DNA of 64,000 nt from Nitrosopumilus sp. (GTDB lineage: Archaea > Thermoproteota > Nitrososphaeria > Nitrososphaerales > Nitrosopumilaceae), in the NCBI GenBank assembly GCA_963662625.1, contig OY759726.1:1536001-1600000 (forward strand), written 5' to 3'. This document shows, in pieces, positions 20,616-30,258 of the stretch (position 1 is its first letter; every line of letters starts with the position of its first letter). A program made the position numbers and the translations under genes. Under the pieces are notes generated by a model that was not told the origin of the DNA, searched no databases, and was given only the letters and a program-made list of their open reading frames with translations.

Positions 20616-20723
20616 GCGCAGCTGCCGTATTGCCGCACCAGCCATGTGGCCCGTCCACCAGGCTCTGAATCTGGGGTGCTATCCTAATGCGCAGCTGCCG
20701 TATTGCCGCACCAGCCATGTGGC
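20616..20723 (+). repeat. Perfect 35-bp direct repeat, two copies, with a 38-bp spacer
   Basis: GCGCAGCTGCCGTATTGCCGCACCAGCCATGTGGC at 20616-20650 and 20689-20723. Confidence 0.9.
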
Positions 20724-20952
20724 AGCATGCCGCCCCGGGAATGGCCTTGGACGCCACGTCCCGCACCAGCTCGTCACAGGGGCGTCCGCGCCCCGCAGTG
20801 CCGCTTATCCCCTTGGCCGATCTGGCGCATCACGTCACCTGGCTGCCGTAGGCGGCAGCTGGGATCTGGCCGCGGCGGTTGGAACGATGCCCGGATCCGG
20901 CGCGGACAGGCGCCTCGGATGGGAGATCCGTCCGGCAGCCGCGCAATCCCGC

Positions 20953-22461
20953 TTACGTCAAAAGCAGGAATGCCGAGGCCGGGACTACGTATTCCTGCCT
21001 TGTCTCTAGGCGTGACTTTGAGATAACCAGCCCGCTTTTGGCGCCGGTCTTGCCAAGGAAGCTGGCCAGCCCTGCCATCTCCCTGGGGTTGATCCTCCCC
21101 CTGTATTTCACCTCGATTGGGACCTCCATGCCGTTTACTTTAGACAGGACAAAGTCCACCTCCCTTTTTTTTCGTCCTTCCAGTAGAATACGTGGTTGGA
21201 ATGGTCAAATGTCTGTTTTTTGTCACTCAGTGCAAAGGCCCACCCGTTCAGGTGATCTGCCATGATGCCCTCCACGATCTTGCCCCGGTTGCCCTCATCG
21301 TGGACGTATTCCAAGCTGGCATCAAAGCTGCCATCCGTGCTTATCAGGCCATTGAATATGTGCAAAAAATAGGGGTCGCTAAAGTAGATTTTTCTGTCGC
21401 TTCTCGCCATCGGTATTTTCCTGCCCCCGCCATACCTGCAAATGGTTGACAAGACAAACAAGTCCTTTAGGGCATGCGCATAACCAAGAGCTGTGTTTGG
21501 GCTACCCAGATCTGCCTCTTTGGAAAGGTTATTCCACGACGTATGGCTTCCCTGGCTTTTGATTACGGCCCCGCAAAACTGCTTTAGCATAGTCTCGCTT
21601 TTTGAAAGTGCGTTCCATTCGCCTGTAATCCCCTCCAAATGACTCGTATACAGGCTTTCGCCTATGGCAGGTGCCTTGATCTTTTCGTCTACCACCCTTG
21701 GAGTTCCCCCGGCCAGCATGTATTCTTCCAAGAGTCCGCCTAGTTCATTTTGGCATGCGCAAAAGGTGTCCAAGGTCTCGCCAATTTCCCCGCTCAGCAG
21801 TTTCATGAATATGTCCTTTCTGTGATCCAAGGCAGGCACGTGATTTTCCATAACTAAATCATTGATGTCGCTACTCGCCACCGATGCATACTCTGCAAAC
21901 TTCATCGGGAGTAAAATCTTGTCGTAATTGTCGGCAACCCTGCCCCTGCGGCCTGGCAGTCTTTCTGCGGCATTTCTTATGTTGATTGCCTGTGATCCAG
22001 TGGCCATGACTGTGCAATTTTTTAACTTGTCGCCGTCAATTAGCCACTTGATGCCTTTCTGCCATTCAGGCACTGATGAAACCCACCCAAGAATAGGCAG
22101 CAACGATTATCCTTGCGCTGCCTGGAACTTATTCTCAGGTAGGTTTCAATAACATCAACCACGTCCTGCCGCGTACTGGCTAGATCCAGTGCATAGTATA
22201 GAACGTTCCACGGAGAGACATTCTTGTCCAACAAATCCCCTATCTGCAATTTAACCAGAGTTGTTTTGCCTACTTGCCTTGGGCCACGAAGTGAATACAC
22301 CACAGTATTGGAGGGTTCAAAATCAAAAGTAACATTGTGTTTGAGCCTGGGAATGTATCTTATTGCCGAGTCTCCCCATCCCTTGATTTTCGGGTCATTT
22401 TTTATGCTTGCAGGATCTTTCCACCAAGGATTCGAATCCCGTACTTCCTTTCTCGAGTCAT
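20953..22461 (-). pseudogene. AAA_14/DUF4143 ATPase with C-terminal PD-(D/E)XK domain, frameshifted
   Basis: Three fragments: NPWW...GPRQVGKTT; TGS...GGTP...KIYFSDP; DFV...IEVKY. Frameshifts near 22455, 22085 and 21165; Walker B destroyed. Confidence 0.88.
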
Positions 22462-22471
22462 ATTTATGTTG

Positions 22472-22568
22472 ACTGAAAGGTTCTTTATATATTGGGCACA
22501 AAACCACTGAAATGTCCTTTATATATTGGTCGCGAACCCACTGAAAGGTCCTTTGTATAATACGGCCC
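22472..22568. repeat. Three tandem 34-bp units with a conserved ACTGAAAKGTYCTTTRTATA core
   Basis: Units start at 22472, 22506 and 22540. Confidence 0.85.
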
Positions 22569-22678
22569 AAGCGTCCAGCGCCAGTCCAGTGGACACGACT
22601 GGCGCAAGATCGGCCCCGACATCCTTTCGCCCTGCAGTACTTGTTCGGGGCGCATCCGGCACCTTGGCTGATCCCTTT

Positions 22679-23389
22679 TCACGGCCAAGACCTGCGTGGG
22701 TTTGCAATACGTATGCCCCGAGAAGGGTTCCAGCACCCGCGGATTCCCCGGCCGGCCATCACCGGCACTCGCCCTGACTGTTTTGCCACATCTCGGGTTG
22801 TTCTCTGGTGCTTCTGAATGCTGCCAACTGACCTGCGTGGGAGCCGGCGGCCTTTCCCAAACTGTAGCATACGCAAGAGCCCCGCAAGCAGGTTGGTTGG
22901 CAGATCTAGCCATGAACTGGACTTGAGTGATGCCACAAGCCGCTTAAAACTGGCGTAGCCTTGCAGTTTTTCGCAGTCCAGCCTTTCTGCATATCTGGGC
23001 AACTGGTTCTTTGTGTAGTTCTTATGGTGCCTTAGGGCGTCTGATGGTTTCTGGTCACCAAACCGGATGCCTTCTGAATGGCATATCCATTCTTCTATCT
23101 CGTGGTCCAGCAGTACCACTTTGACGAACTCTTTATCCTCGTCTTTAACATGTTTGAGCACTTTCTTCATCTTCTCTTCAAGGCTTTCGCCATCCGCATC
23201 CGCAATCACTATGGCCCGATCCACCTTTCCCACGTTTGCGCTAATCATCCTGCCCATCTTGCTTCCTATTGGACAGCGAATAACGCGTTCCAGCCTGCCG
23301 CCAAGAACCCCCTCGGAATTCTTTTTATGGAAAAACCTTGGAAAAAACACCTGGCCAAAGCAGTCTTCTACCAGAAAACAGAGTTTCAT
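22679..23389 (-). CDS. TOPRIM-like (OLD/DUF4276-type) partner of the ABC ATPase
   Basis: FLVED, IADAD and EIEEW acidic motifs; ATGA overlap with the ATPase; last ~75 aa probably read-through. Confidence 0.65.
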   Translation of the reverse strand: MKLCFLVEDCFGQVFFPRFFHKKNSEGVLGGRLERVIRCPIGSKMGRMISANVGKVDRAIVIADADGESLEEKMKKVLKHVKDEDKEFVKVVLLDHEIEEWICHSEGIRFGDQKPSDALRHHKNYTKNQLPRYAERLDCEKLQGYASFKRLVASLKSSSWLDLPTNLLAGLLRMLQFGKGRRLPRRSVGSIQKHQRTTRDVAKQSGRVPVMAGRGIRGCWNPSRGIRIANPRRSWP

Positions 23390-24693
23390 AACTCACCATA
23401 CAGCCACGATTCGCTAGCAGTAATGCCCTTGCTTTGTAATTCTTTTCTCAGTTCGCCTGGATTTTCAACCTTGCGGCATGTGCTTTCCTCCTTGTTCGTT
23501 TCCAACAGAACCAAGTCGCCAATATCGACATAATCTACGACAAGTGGCGAATGACTCGTGACTATCACGGTGGATTCTGTGTTTTTTAACAAATCCACAA
23601 CGTATTCTATAATCCTCGCGTGCAGTGATGTCTCTATCTCGTCAATCAGAATAATCCTTGGTTTCAGTTCAATGGCTGCAAGAATTGCCAGTAACTTGTA
23701 AAACCCATCGGGTATGGAGGTTGGGGCAAGTGTCATCGTGCCCACATTTACTTCCATTATTATGTTTCCCTCTTGAGTAATTTGGAATGATATCTGCCAG
23801 TTGGGAAACAACGCTTCAAGTGCAAGTGTGAAGATATCAGGAAGCTTACGTTTTTCGTTAAACCATTTGAACAACAAGTTTACCAAACCGTCTCCGTCCT
23901 CATCTAGCTCGTCAGAATAGTTGACGGGAGTTGATTTACGCAGGTAATCATAGTTTAATTGCCTTAGCAGGATGATGTTTCGTGGATCAACCAGATAGCT
24001 TGCAGCTAGCGCATACAGTGATCTAGCAATCCTGTTATTTTTGATGGGGGGTGACGGAAAACTGTACACTTTCAGCTCGTCGCCATCAAACATGCCAGCT
24101 CGTAGCAGAAAAATGGCAGTTTTCCCCATGCGTTCGTGCCACTTTGTGGCGTTGAGAATAGACACGTCGCTGTCATTATGTGGCACCGTGAAGCCTTTTT
24201 CCAAATCAATCGAATCCCTCTCCAGTATTCGCCTAAGCCGTGTTTTTTCGCCAACGGAGTTGACTTCCTTGATGATGGGAGGCTTGAAGTGATAGCCGAC
24301 CTTGTTAACATCAAGCGCCACGTCTAGGTAATCTTCAATCTGTATTCTCTCTTCGAGTATCCCCAACCGGCCGTTGTTTGAGCCCGTTACCGTAAAGTCA
24401 TAAATGACGTTGCGGCCGTCCACAACATAACTGATCTGCGAGTGGATCGTCTCGGATTCGTCACCTCTCCACACTATGTTTCGGTACCCTCCCCAGTCCG
24501 CAAAAGGATATGCGGGAGTCTTTTGCGGCGACACGCATAAATTCACAAATTTAATCAGCTCAAGCACGTTTGTCTTGCCGGACCCGTTTGGCCCAATCAG
24601 CACGTTGAATTGCTTGAGCGGGATCTCGAAATCCTTCAGGCTCTTGAACCTTTTAACCTTGATCTTGGTGAGCGTCTCCATATTGACAAGCAT
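23386..24693 (-). CDS. ABC/AAA_21-family ATPase (defence-associated type)
   Basis: FKSL, IGPNGSGKTN, signature PDG, LIDEIETSLH, TSHSP; AT-rich. Confidence 0.9.
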   Translation of the reverse strand: MLVNMETLTKIKVKRFKSLKDFEIPLKQFNVLIGPNGSGKTNVLELIKFVNLCVSPQKTPAYPFADWGGYRNIVWRGDESETIHSQISYVVDGRNVIYDFTVTGSNNGRLGILEERIQIEDYLDVALDVNKVGYHFKPPIIKEVNSVGEKTRLRRILERDSIDLEKGFTVPHNDSDVSILNATKWHERMGKTAIFLLRAGMFDGDELKVYSFPSPPIKNNRIARSLYALAASYLVDPRNIILLRQLNYDYLRKSTPVNYSDELDEDGDGLVNLLFKWFNEKRKLPDIFTLALEALFPNWQISFQITQEGNIIMEVNVGTMTLAPTSIPDGFYKLLAILAAIELKPRIILIDEIETSLHARIIEYVVDLLKNTESTVIVTSHSPLVVDYVDIGDLVLLETNKEESTCRKVENPGELRKELQSKGITASESWLYGEL

Positions 24694-24916
24694 CCTGATC
24701 TGTTTTCAATATAAATGGAAAACGTCGTTGCCGGCGTTGTAAAGTTTTGTTGATATAAAAAACGCCAGCGTTGCCGGACCGCGCCGTCCGGCAGGCCGGC
24801 CGTGTGCCCGGAAGCCGAGTCCGTGTGCGTGTGCAGGCTGCCGGGGCCGGACGGGGTTGGCAGCCGCGCGCGGGGCCGCCCGCAGTCATTAAATACCGGC
24901 GCGCGCCACTTAACCC

Positions 24917-25048
24917 ATGCCAAGCATGAAATGTACCGCGTGCGGGATCAGCTTCTTCTCGCCCACGGGCTCGGACAGGTGCTCGAGGTGCGTCCCGAAG
25001 GCGGAGCACGCCGGGCACGGCTCCTGCGGCTGCGGCCACGGGCACTGA
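24917..25048 (+). CDS. 43-aa Cys/His-rich zinc-finger or metallothionein-like microprotein
   Basis: MPSMKCTACGISFFSPTGSDRCSRCVPKAEHAGHGSCGCGHGH; TATA box ATTAAATA about 25 bp upstream. Confidence 0.8.
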   Translation: MPSMKCTACGISFFSPTGSDRCSRCVPKAEHAGHGSCGCGHGH

Positions 25049-25065
25049 GCCGGGCCGCCGCGGGG

Positions 25066-26958
25066 TCACATCCTGTCCGGGGCGGATATGCCGAGCAGGC
25101 CCAGCGCCCCCCCGAGCGTGGCCCTGAACGACCCCACCAGGAACAGCCTGGCGTCCTCCAGCTGCGCGTCGCCGGCCCCCAGGACGCGGACCCCCTCGTA
25201 GAACTCGTTGAACGAGACGGCCAGGCCGTGGCAGTACCTGGCAATGACCTTGGGCGACAGGTTCCTCGCGGCGTCGCCCACGTGCATGCCGAACATCCCT
25301 ATGCCCCTGACCAGCCCCAGCTCCGCGGGTTCGGCCAGCAGGGCAAAGTCGGCGTCCTCCGGGGGCGCGCGGCCGGCCTTTTCCATGATGCGGGCCGCCC
25401 TCGCGTTGGCGTACTGCATGTACGACGCGGTGTCCCCCTCGAGGCTCAGCGACCTGGCCAGGTCGAACGTGATCACCTTGTCGAGGTCCTGCCTCACCAT
25501 CTCGTAGCGCAGGGTCCCGACGGACACCTGGTGGGCTATCTCCTCCACCTCCGCGCCGCCCATCCCCGGGTGGCGCCCCGCGGTCTCCTCGGCGGTCCTG
25601 CCCTTCAGCAGGTCGTAGACGGAGTCGGCGTTGACGTACAGGCCCTTCCTGCCGGACATCTGCGCCTGCCTCCCCCGCGTGTCCAGCCCCAGGGTCCTGG
25701 CGGTGTCGGGGCTGAGGGTGACCGACTCGTAGCCCAGGTGGACGTACGCGCCGCCCGGCCTGAACCTGGACATCAGGTCTGCGATGATCTTCTGGAGGCG
25801 CGCCTGCCTGGAGTCTATCACGGTGATCACCCTGTCGCCAGAAAAGCGCGTCGCGCCCCCGCCGGGCCCGCCGCCCCCGCCGAGCGTGGTCTGCCACAGC
25901 GCGCGGCCCCCGGGCTGCCCGCGCTCGTACGGGGCGTACCCGAACGGGTCGTCCAGGACGCCCATCTTCCACGCCGCGTACGGGATGTCCTTTGCGATGT
26001 ACGTGGCGGTGCCGTTGCTCCGGACTATCACCTTGTCCTCCTCGCCGTCCCGGCCGCGGATCACCCAGCACCCGGCGTTCTTGCCGCCCTCCTCCAGCTC
26101 CGCCAGGCCCATCCCCTTTAGCCTCTCGAAGACGCCGCGCCACAGCCCGGAGCGGACTATCTGCGACTCGAAGTTGAGGCAGTCGTACGTCACGCCGAGG
26201 TTCCAGCACGTCTCCAGCTGGCACGCCAGGACCCTCCCCGTCACCCTGCCTGCGAACCGCGCGGTCTCGGACCCCCCGTCCTCGATCTCCTTGAGGGTGT
26301 CCTTCCTGACTGCCTCCAGGCCCGGGTCCTCCACGTACCTCGCGGACGTCCGGACGTAGACGTCGTCGCCGCAGTAGTGGTCGAACTTCTTCCCGTCCGG
26401 GGGCTCCTCGGGGAACCCCAGGTGCCTGAAGCCGATCACGATGTCGGCCACCTGCAGCCCCGAGTCGTCGACGTAGTTCAGGACCTTCACCCTGTAGTTG
26501 GCCTTCCGCAGGATCCTGGCCACGGTGTCCCCCACCACGATGTTCCTGACGTGGCCTATGTGGAGGGCCTTGTTGGGGTTGACGCTGGTGTGCTCCACCA
26601 CCACGGGTGAGCCGCCCCCCAGGTCGACGTCCCCGAACCCGTCGAGGCGAGACCCCCGCAGGATCAGCCCGCAGAGCCTGCCCCAGTCGGCCCGAAAGTT
26701 GACATAGCCCGAGTCGTGCGGCTCGGCCCCCGCCACCAGGGGGCCGGCGCGCCCGCGGTACCTGGCCGCGATCTCCCGGGCCACCTCCCCGGGGCCCTTC
26801 CCGAGGCGCTTGGCCAGCAGGAACGCCGCGTTGCAGCTCGCGTCGCCGAACCCCGGCCTCGAGGGCGACACCGAGAAGCCGGCGTCCCCGGCCCCCATGC
26901 CTGCCAGGACCTCCCTGACGCCGCCCTCGATCTCGTCGAGGAACGCCTGGAACGTCAC
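25066..26958 (-). CDS. argS: Arginine--tRNA ligase
   Basis: EHTSVNPNKALHIGH.RN, MSGRKG, YMQYANAR, C-terminal PDRM. Confidence 0.97.
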   Translation of the reverse strand: MTFQAFLDEIEGGVREVLAGMGAGDAGFSVSPSRPGFGDASCNAAFLLAKRLGKGPGEVAREIAARYRGRAGPLVAGAEPHDSGYVNFRADWGRLCGLILRGSRLDGFGDVDLGGGSPVVVEHTSVNPNKALHIGHVRNIVVGDTVARILRKANYRVKVLNYVDDSGLQVADIVIGFRHLGFPEEPPDGKKFDHYCGDDVYVRTSARYVEDPGLEAVRKDTLKEIEDGGSETARFAGRVTGRVLACQLETCWNLGVTYDCLNFESQIVRSGLWRGVFERLKGMGLAELEEGGKNAGCWVIRGRDGEEDKVIVRSNGTATYIAKDIPYAAWKMGVLDDPFGYAPYERGQPGGRALWQTTLGGGGGPGGGATRFSGDRVITVIDSRQARLQKIIADLMSRFRPGGAYVHLGYESVTLSPDTARTLGLDTRGRQAQMSGRKGLYVNADSVYDLLKGRTAEETAGRHPGMGGAEVEEIAHQVSVGTLRYEMVRQDLDKVITFDLARSLSLEGDTASYMQYANARAARIMEKAGRAPPEDADFALLAEPAELGLVRGIGMFGMHVGDAARNLSPKVIARYCHGLAVSFNEFYEGVRVLGAGDAQLEDARLFLVGSFRATLGGALGLLGISAPDRM

Positions 26959-27653
26959 CCCCTGCCGCCCCCGAGCGACGGCGCCAGCTCGTCGAGCGCC
27001 TCGAGCACCCCGTCCCCCGCGCCGGCGGAGACTGCCATGGTGGCCTCGGACCGCACCCCGCCTGGCGCGTTTCCCAGGGCCACGCTGGTGCCCGCCGCCC
27101 TGAACAGCGGGACGTCCGTGGCGCTGTCCCCGATGGCGATGACGTCCTCCTCCCGTATGGACATCCTCCCCATCAGCTCCCTGAGGCCCGCCCCCTTGTC
27201 TATCCCGCGCGAGTTGATGTGGTACGCGTACCGGCTGTCGGACAGCGCGACGTCCAGGCCCCTCTCCCGGGCCAGGTCCCGGGCCAGGTCCAGGTCGAAC
27301 GTGCGCTGCAGCACGACCTCGGTCATCCTGGGGAACACCGGCTTCTCGACGACCCCGTCGATCCCGGCCCGGATGATCTCCAGCGCGTCCCTGCACTCCT
27401 TCATGTCGCCGAGCAGGACGTGCTCGTTGGCGCCCAGCGTGATGCACCCGCCGTTCTCGCCCACGGCGGCCTTGGTCGTGCCCCCGAAGACGGACAGCAG
27501 GAACCCCTCGACCGACGACCGCCCCGTGACGAAGATCACGTTGTGCCCCGAGTCGGCCAGGTGGCGCAGCGCGGCCAGCGCCCCCAGGTGGATGCGCCCC
27601 CCGCCGTTCTCCGTGATCGTCCCGTCGATGTCCACCGCGAACGTCTTTGCCAT
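26955..27653 (-). CDS. Phosphoglycolate phosphatase (archaeal HAD, SPP-like)
   Basis: DIDGT, TGR, ENGG, DKG.GL, GDSATD. Confidence 0.9.
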   Translation of the reverse strand: MAKTFAVDIDGTITENGGGRIHLGALAALRHLADSGHNVIFVTGRSSVEGFLLSVFGGTTKAAVGENGGCITLGANEHVLLGDMKECRDALEIIRAGIDGVVEKPVFPRMTEVVLQRTFDLDLARDLARERGLDVALSDSRYAYHINSRGIDKGAGLRELMGRMSIREEDVIAIGDSATDVPLFRAAGTSVALGNAPGGVRSEATMAVSAGAGDGVLEALDELAPSLGGGRG

Positions 27654-27848
27654 GATCCGGTACCCAGGAGCCGAATAATATTTGCTACGCATGCCGCCGG
27701 CAGCGTGCGCCAGGCGGGCGCGGCGCCGCCCCGGCGCAAACCCAGATCCCAGTTGGATTCATGCCTACTGGGGCAACGGCCACGCTGATTTTGTGCCTAT
27801 GGCGCCATGGGATCTGAGCATGCACGTAGGGCCTACCCATTAAATTTT

Positions 27849-28819
27849 TTAAGCGTTACTTGGTTGAGGCGGTCCGACATAATCGGCGACGAATTTTTCA
27901 ACTTCTGCGAGGTGGCTTAAACAGAACACGCGGCCGTTGCCTGGGACATCATAAAACTGCTCCTGCCTGTCAGAAGTAAAATACATTAATTTATCGTATG
28001 GGATATTTGCCGCTTGCAAATTTTTGATTTTGCGATTAATTACTTCAAGAATGTTAGAGCTGTCTCCCTGCTTGGTGACTTCTGCAAGAATTAAGCGTTT
28101 ATCTGTAGTTACGGCGATCACATCAATTTCTAAACCGGGTCGAATTTCGCCGTTTTCGTACATTTGAATTTTTTTATGAACATATATCTTTTCAATAAAA
28201 TCTAATTTTGCTAACGCAAACCCAATGAACACTTCATAAATCCAACTGCTGTCAAAAACTAATAGCCCTTCTAATATCTTGGGATAATTAACATCGATTT
28301 TATGTATAACGCCCTTGCCTCCGCACAGCTTACATTCAGAAATCAAGTCCAATTTCTGAATACGGGACACCTGGTAGCTAAACGGCAGTTGGTTATGTTC
28401 GTACCAGCAATCAAGGCACTTGGATTCGATAGATAAAGTAACATGTTTGGCTAACTTACCCAGCGCCGTCGAAATTTGTTGCTTCTGATCAGGCAATTTC
28501 AAGAATTTGTTGCTCATGGAAATGGAGTTTTGTCTTGCTTTTTTGGATAAACTCGCATATTTTTCCACATCAGCTAGGATCTGATGTTCGTAGGCATATT
28601 CACTAAATGTCTGATACGTATCGGTGTTAATGTCTTCTAATTTTTGATTATCTTTCAGAGCTTTTTGAACACTATCTGTAAAATCATCAAAAGTGGACGT
28701 TCTTGATTTTAACACGCGTGAAACTTCAGAATTTGAAGATATGGTATCAAAAGTGGCAGAAAAGATATTTTTCCATACTTCAAAAATTTCCTTTTGGTGT
28801 ATGCTCATTCGTTTCTCTA
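27849..28819 (-). pseudogene. 3' part of an IS630-disrupted gene (Zn-finger + PD-(D/E)XK nuclease-like)
   Basis: CLDC and CKLC motifs, EIDVIA...LAEVTK; joins in frame with 29926-30258 once the IS is removed. Confidence 0.75.
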
Positions 28820-29925
28820 GAGTGACGCTCACAAATAATTTCTCCCCTGGGAGGTCGCACTGCAGAAAAGCCTGTTGATCGCCGGATCGCCGAACCATCC
28901 ATGGACGAGACCGACAGGAAACTACGGGACCTGACGGAGGCCATGCGCGCAGGGAGGGACGCCAGGATCCGCAACAGGACGGTGGCAGTGCGCGGGGTGC
29001 CCGGCGGATACCCCGCGAGTGACGCCGCGTACTTTGCGGACGCGGGACAGCGCACCGTCCGCCTGCGGGCGGGACGGCCCGGCGACGGCGGCGCCGGCGG
29101 CCTCCGGGACATTCCCGGCAGGGGAAGGAACCCGCGCGTCCGGTACGGCCCCATGGGCGGGCCTGCAGGCAGGCCCGGCCGCACGGGCATGCCCGCGCCG
29201 GGGAGGCCCCGCGACGGGACGCGCCGGAAGCCCGGGCGCGCGCACGGCCCGCGCGGCGCGCGCGGGATCACGGGGGAACCGGGGCTCTCCCCCAAGGGGC
29301 CCACGACAGGTTACGCCGCGGCCGCAGACGACGACACGGTGCGGCGGCGGCGGGCCGACGCGGCAGGCGCGGTTGCGTGCGCAAGGAGGCGCAAGACGGC
29401 GACAGTCGCGCAGGACGGGCCCGCCTCCGCCGGGACGGGAACCGACGGCAGGAGGCTCTGGTCCCGCGCAGGGGAGGGGGCCGCCGCCGGCAGGCCCGGC
29501 AGGAGGGACAGGGCAGCCGCGTGCGGCTCCCCCGCGGCCGACGGGACGGGGCCGGTGCGGCCGTGCGGCAGGTCCGGCGGGGACACCTTCCTGACGTACC
29601 CCAGGGAGATCCGGCGCGAGCGGGGGCGCGCGCTGGTGATAACGGGCAACGCGGGGCAGCACAGGGCGGCGGACGTGAGGGAATACCTGCGGGACCACCG
29701 AGAGATCGGGGTGCCGTGCCTTCCCACCGCCACGCCGAAGCCCAGCGCGGTCGAGGCCGTGTGGAAGGAGGCAAAGTACGGGCTGGTCACGTCAAGGCAC
29801 TACGAGACGCTGGATGGACTGAAGCGTGCGGTCTCGGAGTATTTCAGGACGTGCCCGATCAGGGTGGACATCTACAAGTTCCTATACCGTTCCATCTGAA
29901 GGGAAATTTTCAATGATCGTCACTA
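28820..29925 (+). mobile_element. IS630-family element with a degenerate transposase (ORF 28901-29899)
   Basis: Inverted ends GAGTGACG/TAGTGACG...AATTTC; TA duplication at a CTAG target; HTH (GLRDIPGRGR) and DDE remnants (QDG, GNAGQH, LPTATP..SAVE..WK). Confidence 0.9.
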
Positions 29926-30258
29926 TAGTTTCTCGTTTTGTTGTTTGTAGTCAGCTCTTTCTTCCAGGCTTTGCGCAAAATTGTAAGAAGGATCTAAACA
30001 GAAAGGATAGCTCATAACAATGCCAGAAGGCCCATAACCTGTCAAGTTAGAATCGGACTCAAGAAATAAAAATTTCAGCAATATTGGATTATCTGCTACT
30101 TCGAGAACAATTTTAGAACTAATACTTTCTAAACCTTTAAACGATTCAAAAAGAACCTCCTTTTTTGTTTTAACCACGCGTACTCTTTCATTATTTTGTA
30201 GAGTAATGTCAACTTCGGTTAAGAGGTGTGGGATGACCTTTTCATAAGACAATGTCAT
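29926..30258 (-). pseudogene. 5' part of the IS630-disrupted nuclease-like gene
   Basis: Stop codon is supplied by the IS end; reading frame continues into 28819. Confidence 0.75.

Noticed and set aside
20616-22568. Bona fide CRISPR array
   Set aside because: Only two or three units, no cas genes or leader in the window; kept as unexplained repeats
28811-29934. 7-bp direct repeat GTTTCTC flanking the IS630 as an atypical target duplication
   Set aside because: Equally explained by canonical TA duplication in CTAG within a native EK-L-EK coding repeat; both restore the frame, so the canonical model is preferred
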